DNA of 64,000 bases from Chloroflexota bacterium (GTDB lineage Bacteria > Chloroflexota > Dehalococcoidia > SM23-28-2 > RBG-16-64-32), in assembly GCA_022561635.1 (NCBI GenBank), contig JADFQV010000002.1:2546-66545 (forward strand), written 5' to 3'. Of the stretch, positions 36,452 through 45,194 are shown in pieces. Numbering within the stretch: position 1 is the stretch's first letter; the number at the start of each line of letters is the position of its first letter. Below the pieces are notes generated by a model. It was not told the origin of the DNA, did no database searches, and saw nothing but the letters and a program-made list of their open reading frames with translations. Both the position numbers and the translations under genes were made by a program.

Positions 36452-37260
36452 CGGAAGAGCGCGAGTTCGCAGGCAAGGTGGCGTTCATCACGGGCGCTGC
36501 GCACGGCCAGGGCCGGACCACGGCGCTGGCGTTAGCCAAAGCCGGCGCCAACGTGGCGGCCTTCGACATCGCCGGGAAGCTGACGTACCCCGGCTACGAG
36601 ATGGGCTCTGGCCAGGACCTGTCGAGCCTGCAGGAAGAGTGCCGCAAGGTCGGCTCGGAGTGCCTGACCTTCGAAGGCGACGTGCGCGACGACGCTGCGA
36701 TCACGGCGGCGGTCGCCGGGACGACGGCGGCCCTGGGGCGCATCGACATCCTTTTCAACAACGCCGGTATCTGCGCCTACGGTTACTCGCACGAACTCGC
36801 CGAAGACGAGTGGGACGCGATGATCGACATCAACCTGAAAGGCGCCTGGCTGGTGGGCCGGCGCGTGATCCCGGTGATGATCGAGCAGGGCTCCGGCGTC
36901 ATCATCAACAACTCCTCGATCGCCGGCCTGCGCGGGATGCACCGGCTCAGCCACTACGCCGCGTCCAAGTGGGGCCTGACGGGCCTCAGCAAGTCCTGGG
37001 CGCTCGAGTTGGCGGAACACGGCATCCGCGTCGTCTCGATCCACCCGACGGGCGTCAACACGCCGATGAACGACGGACTGGCCGCTTTGGAAGGCACAAC
37101 GCCCGAAGAGATCGCCGGGCGCTCGGCGGGCAACCTGCTGCCGGTGCCCTGGATCGAGGCCGAAGACGTCGCCGAGGCCGTCCTCTTCCTGGCGTCGGAC
37201 CGCGCGCGCTACGTCACCGGCTCGGAGTTCGTCCTCGACGCCGGCCTGCTCACCCGCTGA
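36448..37260 (+). CDS. SDR, carveol-dehydrogenase-like subgroup
   Basis: KVAFITGAAHGQGRTTALALAKAGANVAAFDI....YPGY insertion, NNAG, YAASKWG. ATGA overlap with the upstream gene. Confidence 0.85.
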   Translation: MTEEREFAGKVAFITGAAHGQGRTTALALAKAGANVAAFDIAGKLTYPGYEMGSGQDLSSLQEECRKVGSECLTFEGDVRDDAAITAAVAGTTAALGRIDILFNNAGICAYGYSHELAEDEWDAMIDINLKGAWLVGRRVIPVMIEQGSGVIINNSSIAGLRGMHRLSHYAASKWGLTGLSKSWALELAEHGIRVVSIHPTGVNTPMNDGLAALEGTTPEEIAGRSAGNLLPVPWIEAEDVAEAVLFLASDRARYVTGSEFVLDAGLLTR

Positions 37261-37334
37261 CGATAGCCGGTCGCTTTGACAGGCGCGGCTGACCGGCGAT
37301 AACCTTATCGCATACCCCGCCCCGGTATCACCAT

Positions 37335-38519
37335 ATGAAGACCAGCATCTACCTCGACCACGCCGCCAGCACGCGCCTGCAGCCAAACGCGCTCGAAGCG
37401 ATGCTGCCGCACCTCGAAGGTCACTTCGGGAACCCGTCCGGCACCTACGCGCTCGGCCGCCAGGCCGCCCGCACGATCGACAACGCCCGCTCGACTGTGG
37501 CGTCGCTGCTCGGCGCGCGGCCCCGCGAGATCCTCTTCACGGGCCCCGGAACTGAGTCGATCAACGCGGCGATCAAGGGCGTGGCGTCCGCGCAGAAGCA
37601 GGCCGGCCTCGGCGACCACATCGTCACGACGACGATCGAGCACCATGCCGTCCTCCACTCCTGCGAGTACCTGGAGAAGTTCGGCTTCTCGGTGACGCAG
37701 GCGCCCGTCGACCGCTACGGCATCGTCAGTCCGGACGCCATCGCCGAGGCGATGAACGAGCGCACGGTGCTAGTGAGCGTCATGCTCGCCAACAACGAGA
37801 TCGGGACGATTGAACCGCTCCCGGAAATCTCGCAAGCGGTGCGCGCGCGGGCGAAGTCGCTGGGACGCAGCGTTGTGCTGCACACCGACGCCGTGCAGGG
37901 CGCGAACGCCCTCGACCTGAACGTGGACCGGCTAGGCGTCGACCTGCTGAGCCTGTCGGCGCACAAGTTCGGCGGGCCCAAGGGCTCGGGCGTCCTCTAC
38001 ATGCGACGCGGCACTCCATTCCTGGCGCAGATGAGCGGCGGCGGTCAAGAACGCCAGCGCCGCGCGGGAACGGAGAACGTGGCCTCGATCGTCGGCCTCG
38101 CGACGGCGCTGGCGGAGGTGCAGGCCCAGCGCGACGATTACACTATCACCTGCCGTGGCTTGACCACGCAGCTGGTGGAGGGCGTCCTGCGCACGATCGA
38201 CGGCGCCGGGCTGACCGGCCATCCCGAGATGCGCCTGCCGAACAACGCTCACTTCAGCTTCGAGGGCGCGCGGTCCGACACGATGCTGGACGCGCTCGAC
38301 GAGCTGGGCATCGCGGCGAGCGCCGGCAGCGCCTGCAACTCCGCGACGTGGGAGCCCTCACACGTGCTGGCCGCCACCGGCATGCCGTTGCGCCGCGCCG
38401 TCGGTGCGCTCCGCCTCACCGTCGGCCCGGAGAACACGCCGCAGGAGATGGAGCGTGTCCTCTCGGTTCTTCCGGATATCGTGGCGGCGTCGCGGGCCGC
38501 CACAGCGAGCGAAGAATAG
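37335..38519 (+). CDS. Cysteine desulfurase (NifS/IscS class V aminotransferase)
   Basis: IYLDHAASTR, SLSAHKFGGPKG (PLP Lys), RAGTENV, SAGSACNS (catalytic Cys loop). Confidence 0.9.
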   Translation: MKTSIYLDHAASTRLQPNALEAMLPHLEGHFGNPSGTYALGRQAARTIDNARSTVASLLGARPREILFTGPGTESINAAIKGVASAQKQAGLGDHIVTTTIEHHAVLHSCEYLEKFGFSVTQAPVDRYGIVSPDAIAEAMNERTVLVSVMLANNEIGTIEPLPEISQAVRARAKSLGRSVVLHTDAVQGANALDLNVDRLGVDLLSLSAHKFGGPKGSGVLYMRRGTPFLAQMSGGGQERQRRAGTENVASIVGLATALAEVQAQRDDYTITCRGLTTQLVEGVLRTIDGAGLTGHPEMRLPNNAHFSFEGARSDTMLDALDELGIAASAGSACNSATWEPSHVLAATGMPLRRAVGALRLTVGPENTPQEMERVLSVLPDIVAASRAATASEE

Positions 38520-38532
38520 CGCCACTTACCAC

Positions 38533-38562
38533 TTGCCCCGGCCCGAGGGCGCTGACTATCAT
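38533..38562 (+). promoter_or_regulatory. Putative promoter TTGCCC-N18-TATCAT
   Basis: Read directly from the sequence, upstream of the 38606 ORF, which has its own GGAGGT SD. Confidence 0.3.
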
Positions 38563-38605
38563 CGCCCCATCGAACTGAGCCCTCCGCACGGACAGGAGGT
38601 GGCCA

Positions 38606-39850
38606 TTGCCACAATCACCCACCCCAACCGCCTCTTCGAGCGAGCCGGAAACCTACGACGCGATCGAAGTCCTCGCCTTCGCGCTGACCGCACCCAAACA
38701 AGAAGAGCTGTTGTCGGCTGAGATGGCGAACCGTATCCGCGAGCTTCATGCGGAAGCAGGACGGCGCCGTCACGACGCCTGCCGGGACCTAGTAGAACGG
38801 CTCGCGCCACTCGCCGCCGCGAACGAGGACACGATCGCCGACGCTGCCCACCTCTGCCACACCGAGCCCGCCGCGCTGGCCGAGGACATCTATGCGCTGC
38901 GGGCGTTCGCCGCCGACCCGAAACGCGCCGCGGCCGTGGCGGAGATGCAGCGCTACCTGGCCGATGCTCACGTGCCCATATCCGAGCCAGAACTGGCGCT
39001 GGACCGGGCGATCGCGGTCGGGCAAGTATCGTTCAGCGTGCTCATCTCCGACCGAGAACGCGAAGCCAGTCGCCGGCGGCCAACGAAGGAAGACGCAGTC
39101 GCCGAGGAGAGGGCCTCTTACGGCGCGTTCGTCGCCGACCCCCGGCGCATGCGCACGGCGGAGCTAGCGTTCAACCACTTTCGGGGCGTCTACGCACGCC
39201 GCTACCAGGAGTTCCACGCGGCTTACTGGGCGGCGTCCTCGCGTCTGCATGCTCGGCTGCTGGAAGCACGCCGCCAAGCGGAGGCGCTGGCACGTCTGAA
39301 CAGCCTCGTGGAGCTTGGCGCGCCGCTGGGCGAGTCCGCGATCAGCGCTCATGAAGAGCTGATCGATACGACCACGATCTGCGAGCCGGGAGCCGAATTC
39401 GCGAACGCCCTCAAGACGGCCACGGTCTGCCCCTCTTGTCACTTGCGGCTGGGCGCGGCCGATCACGCCGAGGCGGTCTCCGGCGTGCTGAAGACTCTGT
39501 CGCAGTCTGTCGAGCGACAGCTGAGCCGGCTATCCTCTGTCGCCGTCCGGGCGATTCTGGAACGCAGCAGCGACCCACGCGTCGGGCGCTTCCTGCAGGT
39601 CGTGCAAGCCGCTCAGATCACGACGCTGACCGAAATCCTGGATGACGCGCTCGTCGGCTACCTGAGACGGTTCCTCCTCGAAGCACGCATCGGCACGCTA
39701 CTCGAGCCGATCTTCGACCACGTACAGCACGGCGGAGTCAACGATGAGTCGGCGACACAGGGCGCTCTAGAGGAGCTCGCGGACGTGCTTCACCGGGCGA
39801 TACGCGGCGCCGCGCAGGCACCTGGCGACGACGACGAGACGGCGACGTAG
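38606..39850 (+). CDS. Hypothetical 414-aa Ala/Arg-rich helical protein with one C-x16-C-x2-C-H knuckle
   Basis: GGAGGT lies 5 nt before the TTG at 38606. Codon usage looks coding. No catalytic motif is recognisable. Cys cluster: TTICEPGAEFANALKTATVCPSCH. Confidence 0.6.
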   Translation: MPQSPTPTASSSEPETYDAIEVLAFALTAPKQEELLSAEMANRIRELHAEAGRRRHDACRDLVERLAPLAAANEDTIADAAHLCHTEPAALAEDIYALRAFAADPKRAAAVAEMQRYLADAHVPISEPELALDRAIAVGQVSFSVLISDREREASRRRPTKEDAVAEERASYGAFVADPRRMRTAELAFNHFRGVYARRYQEFHAAYWAASSRLHARLLEARRQAEALARLNSLVELGAPLGESAISAHEELIDTTTICEPGAEFANALKTATVCPSCHLRLGAADHAEAVSGVLKTLSQSVERQLSRLSSVAVRAILERSSDPRVGRFLQVVQAAQITTLTEILDDALVGYLRRFLLEARIGTLLEPIFDHVQHGGVNDESATQGALEELADVLHRAIRGAAQAPGDDDETAT

Positions 39851-39867
39851 ACGCGGTTGTGAAGCCT

Positions 39868-39888
39868 CACCTGTCACCTGTCACCCGT
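39868..39888 (+). repeat. Tandem heptamer CACCTGT CACCTGT CACCCGT
   Basis: Three direct copies overlapping the putative -35/spacer of the pth promoter. Confidence 0.6.
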
Positions 39889-39900
39889 CTCCCTTAGAAT
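39872..39900 (+). promoter_or_regulatory. Putative promoter TGTCAC-N17-TAGAAT; the -10 ends 6 nt before the pth GTG (leaderless candidate)
   Basis: cccTTAGAATggcgacGTG; no SD. Confidence 0.45.
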
Positions 39901-39906
39901 GGCGAC

Positions 39907-40497
39907 GTGGCCATTGACCGCTGGCTGATTGCCGGCCTGGGCAACCCCGGCGCAGAATACTCGCACAACCGTCACAACGTCGGCTACTGGTGCATCAACC
40001 GCCTCGCGCGCCTGCACGGCATCAAGATCAAGGCGAAGACGCTGGCCACGCTGGGCGAAGGTGACGTCCGCGGCGTGCCCACCGTCCTGATCAAGCCGCG
40101 GACGTACATGAACAAGAGCGGCGAGGCGATTGGACCGGCCCTGCGCCGCTGGAAGATCGACCCAACACACCTCATCGTCGTCTACGACGAACTCGACCTA
40201 CCGGCCGGCCGGGTGCGCATCAAGCCAGGCGGAGGCAGCGGCGGCCACAACGGCATCAAGTCGATCATCGCCGCCGCCGGCAGCCAGGACTTCGCACGCA
40301 TTCGCGTCGGCATCGGCCGGCCACACGTCGACGGCGAGCCGACGTGGGAGTCGAAACACGTGGCCGACTACGTACTGAGCGACCCTTCGCCCGAAATGGT
40401 GAAGACGCTGCAAGATGCCGCCAAGCGCGCCACAAAAGCAGTGGAGATGATCATCACGAAGGGCGTTAAGGACGCGATGAACGAGTACAACAACTAG
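39907..40497 (+). CDS. pth: Peptidyl-tRNA hydrolase
   Basis: LIAGLGNPGAEYSHNRHNVG, DELDLP.G..R.K.GGG.GGHNG..S. Confidence 0.9.
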   Translation: MAIDRWLIAGLGNPGAEYSHNRHNVGYWCINRLARLHGIKIKAKTLATLGEGDVRGVPTVLIKPRTYMNKSGEAIGPALRRWKIDPTHLIVVYDELDLPAGRVRIKPGGGSGGHNGIKSIIAAAGSQDFARIRVGIGRPHVDGEPTWESKHVADYVLSDPSPEMVKTLQDAAKRATKAVEMIITKGVKDAMNEYNN

Positions 40498-40534
40498 CGG
40501 GGTACAATAAGGGGCAAGCGAATAGCAACCGGAA

Positions 40535-40558
40535 GGGGCCTCGATCGGTCGAGGCCCC
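40535..40558 (+). terminator. Hairpin GGGGCCTCGA-tcgg-TCGAGGCCCC downstream of pth (no T-tract)
   Basis: 10-bp perfect stem with a tetraloop. Confidence 0.5.
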
Positions 40559-40584
40559 TAAAAGCGTTGTTCGCCGCGAACTAA

Positions 40585-43500
40585 ATGGACCTTTCCGCGC
40601 TACTGACGATCATCGACGAAACCGCTGGCCTGGGGCGCCTGCGAGAATCGCTGTCCGGCCCGTCTGGGCGGGGCAAGGCCGCGCGGGCCGTCGCCGGCCT
40701 CAACGATGCCGCCAAGCCCGCCGCGATCGCCGCGCTCGTCGCCGACGAGGAGCGCCCCGTCCTCGTCCTTACCGGGCGCCCGGCGCGCGCCGAAGTGCTC
40801 GCAGAGGAGCTCGCGGCCTGGCTCGGTCCGGCCGCTGGCGATGCCAGCCGCGTGCTCTTCTTCCCGGAGCGTGACGCATTGCCATACGAGCGGCTGGCGC
40901 CTGACCGCGAAACGGTACGCGATCGCCTGACCGCCGTCATCGCCCTGACAGAGGAACGACCTTGCGTGATCGTATCGTCGGCGCTGGCACTGTCCCAGCG
41001 CACGCTCTCGCCGGATGACCTCACCCGCTCCGTGCTGGATCTGCGGCCCGGACAGAAGCTGGAGATGGAGACACTTCTGCGGGAGCTGGCGCGCCTTGGC
41101 TACACGATGGAGCCTCTCGTCCAGGAGGCCGGTGAGGCGAGTCGTCGCGGCGGCATCGTCGACGTCTTTCCGCCAACCGAGCGAGCGCCCCTGCGCATTG
41201 AGTTCTTCGGCGACGAGATCGAGAGCATCCGCTCCTTCAGCGCCTCGACTCAGCGCACGTCGAAATCGGTCGAGGAAGCACGCGTCGTGCCCGCGCAGGA
41301 GCTGCTGCCGTCCGCGGCCGACGACTGGCTGGCGCCCCTGTCGAAGCTCGGCCTCAAGAAGATGCCGGACGAGGCGCGCCAACGGATCGAAGAGGATCTG
41401 ACTCTGCTGCGCGACGGCGCGTCGTTTAAGGAGCGCGGCTTCTACGTCCAGTTCCTCGCGCCGTCCACGCTGCTCGATCACCTGCCCGGTGGCGCGCTGC
41501 TGGTCGTGGACGAGGACGCGGACGTGCAAACGGCGATCGAGGAAGCCGAGGCGCAGGGCGAGGCGACCCGCAAGGAGCTGGAGGCTGCGGGTGAAATACC
41601 CTACGGCCTGCCGTCGGCGCTCGAAACATGGCCCCAAGTCCGCCGCCAGATCGAGGCGACAGGCCGAGTCTTGACGCTCGCTCGTTGGGCGATGCCCGAA
41701 GACGGTCAATCAGGCCCCGAAGACGGCGACGCAATAAGGCTGCCCTTCACCGGCTCGGGTGCCTTCGCCGGGCAGCTGCGCAAGCTGGCGACGGAGGTCG
41801 CCCAGGGCGTGCAATCGGGCCGGCGGTTCGTGATCGTCTCGCAGCAGGCAGAACGACTGGCCGAGCTGTTGGAGGAACAAGACGCGCACGCCACGGTAGG
41901 CGAGGACCTGGTCAATCCGCCGCCACGCCTCTCGCTCGTGCAGGGATCGCTGCACGACGGCTGGAAGCTGAGCCCATACGGGCCTCCTTCCGGCGCTGAT
42001 GCCGGCGATCTGACGCTGCTCACCGACAGCGAGGTGTTCGGCTTCGTAAAGCAGCGGCGCGCGCCACCAAAGAAGGCCGTGAACCGCGAGGCGTTCCTTG
42101 CCGACCTGACGCAGGGTGCCTACGTCGTACACATCGACCATGGTATCGGCCGCTTCGCCGGGCTGATCCGCCGCACGACCGACGGCAATGAGCGCGAGTA
42201 CCTGGAGCTGCATTACGCTGAGGGCGACCGCCTCTTCGTGCCGACCGATCAGCTCGACCGCGTGAGCCGCTACATCGGCCCGTCGGACAAGCAGCCGGCG
42301 CCAACCCGGCTGGGCGCAGGCGACTGGCAGCGCGCGAAGCAGCGAGCGCGCCGAGCGGTGGCGGCGCTGGCGAAGGAACTCCTCCAGCTCTACGCCTCAC
42401 GCGAGGTGATGCCCGGCTACGCCTATCCACCGGACAGCGCGTGGCAGGCCGAGCTGGACGCCAGCTTCCCCTACGTTGAGACTTCCGACCAGCTCGCCGC
42501 GATCAGCGCCGTGAAGCGCGACATGGAGTCGCCCCGGCCGATGGACCGCCTCGTCTGTGGCGACGTCGGCTACGGCAAGACGGAGGTCGCGCTGCGGGCC
42601 GCTTTCAAGGCGGTGATGGACGGCAGACAGGTGGCCGTTCTCGTTCCGACCACGGTCCTGGCGCAGCAGCACTTCAACACGTTCCGCGAGCGCCTCGCCG
42701 CCTTCCCGGTGCGCATTGAAGTGCTCTCGCGGCTGCGCAGCCACGCGGAGCAGAAGCGCATCGTCGAGTCGCTGCAACAGGGCACGACCGACATCGTCAT
42801 CGGCACACACCGGCTGCTGCAGAAGGACATCCGCTTCCAGGAGCTGGGGCTCGTGGTGATCGACGAAGAGCAACGCTTCGGCGTCGCCAACAAGGAGTTT
42901 CTGAAGGAGATGCGCCGCGAAGTCGACGTCCTGACGCTCTCGGCGACGCCCATCCCCCGCACGCTGTACATGGCGCTGGGCGGCATCCGCGACATGTCGA
43001 CGATGGAGACGCCACCAGAGGATCGCCTGCCGATCAAGACTTACGTCTCACAGACGGACGACCGCCTCATCCGCGAGGCGATCGCGCGCGAGTTGGAGCG
43101 CGGCGGCCAGGTCTACTTCGTGCACAACCGCGTTCACAGCATCGAGATGATCGCCAGCAAGCTTCGCGATCTCGTCCCGGAGGCGCGCATCGATATCGGT
43201 CACGGACAGATGGACGAGCGAGAGCTGGCGCGGGCGATGGACGACTTCACGCACGGGCGCACGGACGTCCTCGTCTGTACGACGATCATCGAGTCGGGCC
43301 TGGACATCCCCAACGTCAACACGATCATCATCAACCAGGCGGACCGGCTGGGGCTGGCGCAGCTCTACCAGCTGCGAGGACGCGTGGGCCGCGGCGCTCA
43401 CCGCGCATACGCCTATCTGCTGTACGAGAAGAACAAGCGCCTGAGCGAGACGGCGAAGGCGCGCCTGCAGACGATCTTCGAGGCGACGGAGCTGGGCGCG

Positions 43501-44148
43501 GGCTTCCAGATCGCCCAGCGCGACCTCGAGATCCGCGGCGCCGGCAATCTGCTGGGCGCGGAGCAGAGCGGTTACATGGCGGCGATCGGCTTCGACCTCT
43601 ATATCAAGCTGCTCTCGGGCGCCGTCGAGCGGATGCGGGCGCTGATGCGCGGCGAGGTGCCGCCACCAGAGCGTGAGGGCGTTGAGGTGTCGATCGACCT
43701 GCCGCTCTCGGCCCACCTGCCGCCGTCATACGTTCCCGACCTGAACCTGCGGCTCGCCGTCTACCAGCGGCTGAGCGCGGCAGAAGATCCAGAGACGGTA
43801 GAAACGATCGGGCAAGAGATGGTCGATCGTTTCGGCGAGCCGCCGCCGCTGGCCCGCAACCTGCTCTACGTCGTCACCCTGCGGTCGCTGGCAAAGCTCG
43901 GCGGCGTGCAGTCGATCATCGCCGAGGGCGCCACCGCCGTCGTCAAGATGGAGGCCGGCGAGACGCTGCCGGCCGCTGCCCTGGAAGAGACCGCTCCGCG
44001 CGGCGTGCAGGTGGGCCGCACGATGATGCACGTCGACCTGGGCGAGGGCTGGCGGGAGCGGCTGCGCAACGCGCTCGAACTGCTCGTGGCGGCCAGGGCG
44101 GAGGAAACCGCGGCTAACGCGGGCGCAGCGCCGGTTGACACAAATTAG
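40585..44148 (+). CDS. mfd: Transcription-repair coupling factor
   Basis: 1187 aa. UvrB-homology N-terminus, RNAP-interacting domain (YVVHIDHGIGRF), superfamily-2 helicase motifs (GDVGYGKTEVA, VIDEEQRFG, LSATPIPRT, QLRGRVGRG) and a TRG motif. Confidence 0.95.
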   Translation: MDLSALLTIIDETAGLGRLRESLSGPSGRGKAARAVAGLNDAAKPAAIAALVADEERPVLVLTGRPARAEVLAEELAAWLGPAAGDASRVLFFPERDALPYERLAPDRETVRDRLTAVIALTEERPCVIVSSALALSQRTLSPDDLTRSVLDLRPGQKLEMETLLRELARLGYTMEPLVQEAGEASRRGGIVDVFPPTERAPLRIEFFGDEIESIRSFSASTQRTSKSVEEARVVPAQELLPSAADDWLAPLSKLGLKKMPDEARQRIEEDLTLLRDGASFKERGFYVQFLAPSTLLDHLPGGALLVVDEDADVQTAIEEAEAQGEATRKELEAAGEIPYGLPSALETWPQVRRQIEATGRVLTLARWAMPEDGQSGPEDGDAIRLPFTGSGAFAGQLRKLATEVAQGVQSGRRFVIVSQQAERLAELLEEQDAHATVGEDLVNPPPRLSLVQGSLHDGWKLSPYGPPSGADAGDLTLLTDSEVFGFVKQRRAPPKKAVNREAFLADLTQGAYVVHIDHGIGRFAGLIRRTTDGNEREYLELHYAEGDRLFVPTDQLDRVSRYIGPSDKQPAPTRLGAGDWQRAKQRARRAVAALAKELLQLYASREVMPGYAYPPDSAWQAELDASFPYVETSDQLAAISAVKRDMESPRPMDRLVCGDVGYGKTEVALRAAFKAVMDGRQVAVLVPTTVLAQQHFNTFRERLAAFPVRIEVLSRLRSHAEQKRIVESLQQGTTDIVIGTHRLLQKDIRFQELGLVVIDEEQRFGVANKEFLKEMRREVDVLTLSATPIPRTLYMALGGIRDMSTMETPPEDRLPIKTYVSQTDDRLIREAIARELERGGQVYFVHNRVHSIEMIASKLRDLVPEARIDIGHGQMDERELARAMDDFTHGRTDVLVCTTIIESGLDIPNVNTIIINQADRLGLAQLYQLRGRVGRGAHRAYAYLLYEKNKRLSETAKARLQTIFEATELGAGFQIAQRDLEIRGAGNLLGAEQSGYMAAIGFDLYIKLLSGAVERMRALMRGEVPPPEREGVEVSIDLPLSAHLPPSYVPDLNLRLAVYQRLSAAEDPETVETIGQEMVDRFGEPPPLARNLLYVVTLRSLAKLGGVQSIIAEGATAVVKMEAGETLPAAALEETAPRGVQVGRTMMHVDLGEGWRERLRNALELLVAARAEETAANAGAAPVDTN

Positions 44149-44171
44149 CGCTGCGGTTAGCCTTATCCCTC

Positions 44172-44987
44172 GTGAGTGAATTCACGCGGAATCGTCGGGG
44201 AGGCGACCCGCTCGCCCTGGGTTCGGAAGTTAGCCGCCTGGATCGTGTACACATACTGGCGGTCGTCCTCGCCCTTGGCATGGTCGCTTATCTGGCCATC
44301 GAGCCCACCCAGAACTGGCTCCTTCTCCTCCTCGCCGGCCTCGCCGCGATCGCCACCGACAGCGTCGTCCGCAACCACCCGCGCGCAGACTTCCACGGGG
44401 TCGACGCGACGGCGCTTTATCTCTTCGTACCGGTGCTGTTCACGCTTGGGCTTGGCCTCTTTCTCGAGGACGTCGTCGGCGGCTACGAAACCGTCGCCAT
44501 CGGCCTCCTCTCGGTCATCCCCTTCTGGGCGATCCTTCGCGCCGAGTACGAATCCGTCGACCGTCTCGCGCCGTCGTACCAGTCGACGCGGCTCGTGCTC
44601 AACATTGCGACGTACGTCACCGCGTTCCTCTTCTACGCCACGATCTACGACTTCGATCTGAGCCTCGTCACGGCGTCGTTCGCCGCGGGCGTGGTCAGCG
44701 TCCTGCTGGCGATCGAGATCCTGCGCGAGAAAGGCCTGGACACGACGCGGACGATACTCTACGCGGTGGCGATCGGCGGCATTATCGCCGAGGCCGCGTG
44801 GGCGACACACTTCCTACCCCTGGAGGAAAGCTCCGCGGCAGTTCTTCTCCTGCTCACCTTCTATCTGACGACTGGGCTCATGCACAACTACCTCGGCAGC
44901 AAGCTCAACCCCCGCACCGCGGCAGAGTTCGCCGGCGTCGGCGCCCTCGGCGTCGTCATCATCGCCATCTCCCACGTCGCCAACTAG
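44172..44987 (+). CDS. Polytopic integral membrane protein, function unknown
   Basis: About 8 hydrophobic helices. Possibly DUF5656-like (from memory). GTG start. Confidence 0.6.
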   Translation: MSEFTRNRRGGDPLALGSEVSRLDRVHILAVVLALGMVAYLAIEPTQNWLLLLLAGLAAIATDSVVRNHPRADFHGVDATALYLFVPVLFTLGLGLFLEDVVGGYETVAIGLLSVIPFWAILRAEYESVDRLAPSYQSTRLVLNIATYVTAFLFYATIYDFDLSLVTASFAAGVVSVLLAIEILREKGLDTTRTILYAVAIGGIIAEAAWATHFLPLEESSAAVLLLLTFYLTTGLMHNYLGSKLNPRTAAEFAGVGALGVVIIAISHVAN

Positions 44988-45063
44988 ACCTCGCCCCCGC
45001 TCCTCGTCCGCTCCGCGCCCGTGTTCCGCACCCTTTCCCTGCGTGCTAGCATTGTGCATGGTT

Positions 45064-45141
45064 CGGGGCGTGGCGCAGTCCGGTTAGCGCACCTGACTGG
45101 GGGTCAGGAGGTCCTCGGTTCGAATCCGAGCGCCCCGACCA
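45064..45141 (+). tRNA. tRNA-Pro (anticodon GGG), CCA encoded
   Basis: Cloverleaf folded by hand: acceptor CGGGGCG/CGCCCCG, D stem GCGC/GCGC, anticodon stem CCTGA/TCAGG with loop CT-GGG-GG, T stem CTCGG/CCGAG with loop TTCGAAT, and ACCA at the 3' end. Confidence 0.9.
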
Positions 45142-45194
45142 GACGGCATCATCGTCGCCGCGTTCTCCTGGCAGACCGGGGCGGTTAGTTGCAG

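Noticed and set aside
40600-41709. 369-aa minus-strand ORF inside mfd. The same issue applies to 28355-29428 inside the mutase gene, 17234-18352 opposite the ABC ATPase, 24228-25358, 33688-34338, 36532-37386 and 43048-43716.
   Set aside because: All are antisense shadows of genes with strong family signatures. None has an SD or -10 geometry or any recognisable motif.
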